A stretch of DNA of 64,000 bases, taken from positions 1,426,001 through 1,490,000 of the forward strand of contig JBNJNM010000008.1 in assembly GCA_052426225.1 (NCBI GenBank), written 5' to 3'. Numbering within the stretch: the stretch's first letter is position 1; every line of letters begins with the position of its first letter. The position numbers and the translations under genes are program-made. The stretch comes from Zancudomyces culisetae HAW-14-8. Its lineage: Eukaryota; Fungi; Kickxellomycota. Under the pieces are notes generated by a model, which worked only from the letters and a program-made list of their open reading frames with translations, was not told the origin of the DNA and did no database searches. Below are positions 63,027 through 64,000 of the stretch, in pieces.

Positions 63027-64000
63027 ATGAAAATAATCACAAAAGATAAAAGCGTATCACGGTTAAAAAGGATAGCTAAACGAGGCATTAAAGGTGTTCC
63101 AATACAATTTTTGGATGTTTGGAAAATTGGAAAAGGCGAGGAACCCGAGATATCTTTTCAACAGCATTTACCACATTCACCACACTCACCATACCCACCA
63201 TATCCACCATACTCGTCATACTCGTCATATTTATCACATGTGGCATATTCACAATATCCACCATCTTTGCAGCAGCCTTTAACCTTGTCACAGTCATCAT
63301 ACTCATCACAGTCATCGCATTCGTCACAGCCATCATATCAACCACACTCATCACAGTCATCGCACTCATCACCCCTAACCTCACCGATCACTCTAAACTC
63401 ACCACCCATATCAACCCTAGTCCCGGTCCCGGTTCCGGTCCCAGTCCCAGTTTCATCGACCCCAAACCTCTTTACCACTCCAAACCTCTTTACCACTAAA
63501 AACTCTATTCAACCAATCTACAGCCATGACACTATCAAGCGTCTATGGATGTCCAACAAGTCTTCCCGAATACGACGTTCTTACAAAGTGGTTGAGACAC
63601 AATACAATATGCTGAATAGAGTGAAAAACAAATCCAACATACCTGGAACTGGTACGTTCAAATTTATAGAGGGGAAGCGACGAATAATAGTACCAATAGG
63701 AAATGCAGATATGTGCTTAAATATAGGACAAACTGAAAAACAACTGCGCATGTCAAATACTAAAAATACTACAAATACTACAAATACTACAAATACTACA
63801 AATACTACAAATACTACAAATACTACAAGTACTACAAGCAACACCTGTGAAGGAGCAGCTGATGCTGGTGATGAGAACGATGGTAGTGAATACAATAGCA
63901 TACTGGGTAATACTGAGTATAGGGTTAGATGCAAACAGGCAGGAGGAGATGAAGTGTTACCGCTATATAGATCAGAGTGTATTCAACTTGAAGTGGGGAG
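63027..64000 (+). CDS. Hypothetical low-complexity protein, 3' end beyond the window
   Basis: Frame from ATG 63027 (MKIITKDKSVSRLKRIAKRG...) is open for more than 320 codons to the window end, so the ORF track misses it. It has S/P/Y/H-rich, (PV)n and (NTT)n tracts. Confidence 0.65.
   Translation, partial: MKIITKDKSVSRLKRIAKRGIKGVPIQFLDVWKIGKGEEPEISFQQHLPHSPHSPYPPYPPYSSYSSYLSHVAYSQYPPSLQQPLTLSQSSYSSQSSHSSQPSYQPHSSQSSHSSPLTSPITLNSPPISTLVPVPVPVPVPVSSTPNLFTTPNLFTTKNSIQPIYSHDTIKRLWMSNKSSRIRRSYKVVETQYNMLNRVKNKSNIPGTGTFKFIEGKRRIIVPIGNADMCLNIGQTEKQLRMSNTKNTTNTTNTTNTTNTTNTTNTTSTTSNTCEGAADAGDENDGSEYNSILGNTEYRVRCKQAGGDEVLPLYRSECIQLEVG

Overview
AT-rich eukaryotic DNA with short GT-AG spliceosomal introns, long low-complexity intergenic spacers and about 17 protein-coding genes. 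Gene content is fungal. The style (secreted tyrosinase, mucin-like protein with Cys-rich repeats, extreme homopolymer tracts) suggests an early-diverging lineage such as Kickxellomycotina/Harpellales insect-gut fungi, but this is inference only. Recognisable housekeeping genes: SMP3/PIG-Z GPI mannosyltransferase, STE20/PAK kinase, eIF5A, UBC8/UBE2H, G-protein beta, peroxisomal acyl-CoA thioesterase, Mag1/AlkA glycosylase, peflin/ALG-2, peroxisomal adenine nucleotide carrier and importin alpha. There is also a partial MFS-like transporter at the left edge and a partial orphan ORF at the right edge. Accessory genes: a divergent P450, a secreted tyrosinase and three secreted orphan proteins (Ala/Asn-rich; Pro/Thr mucin stalk with five 47-aa Cys repeats; silk-like Gly/Ser/Tyr-rich). 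A decayed non-LTR retroelement fragment and several microsatellites are present. No rRNA, tRNA or CRISPR array was recognised. The most notable observations are a purine-to-pyrimidine switch in synonymous codon use and flanking DNA within several genes, a pacifastin/VWC-like repeat array on a mucin stalk, and a candidate secreted structural/adhesive toolkit (tyrosinase plus Tyr-bearing silk-like protein). All functional proposals are hypotheses.
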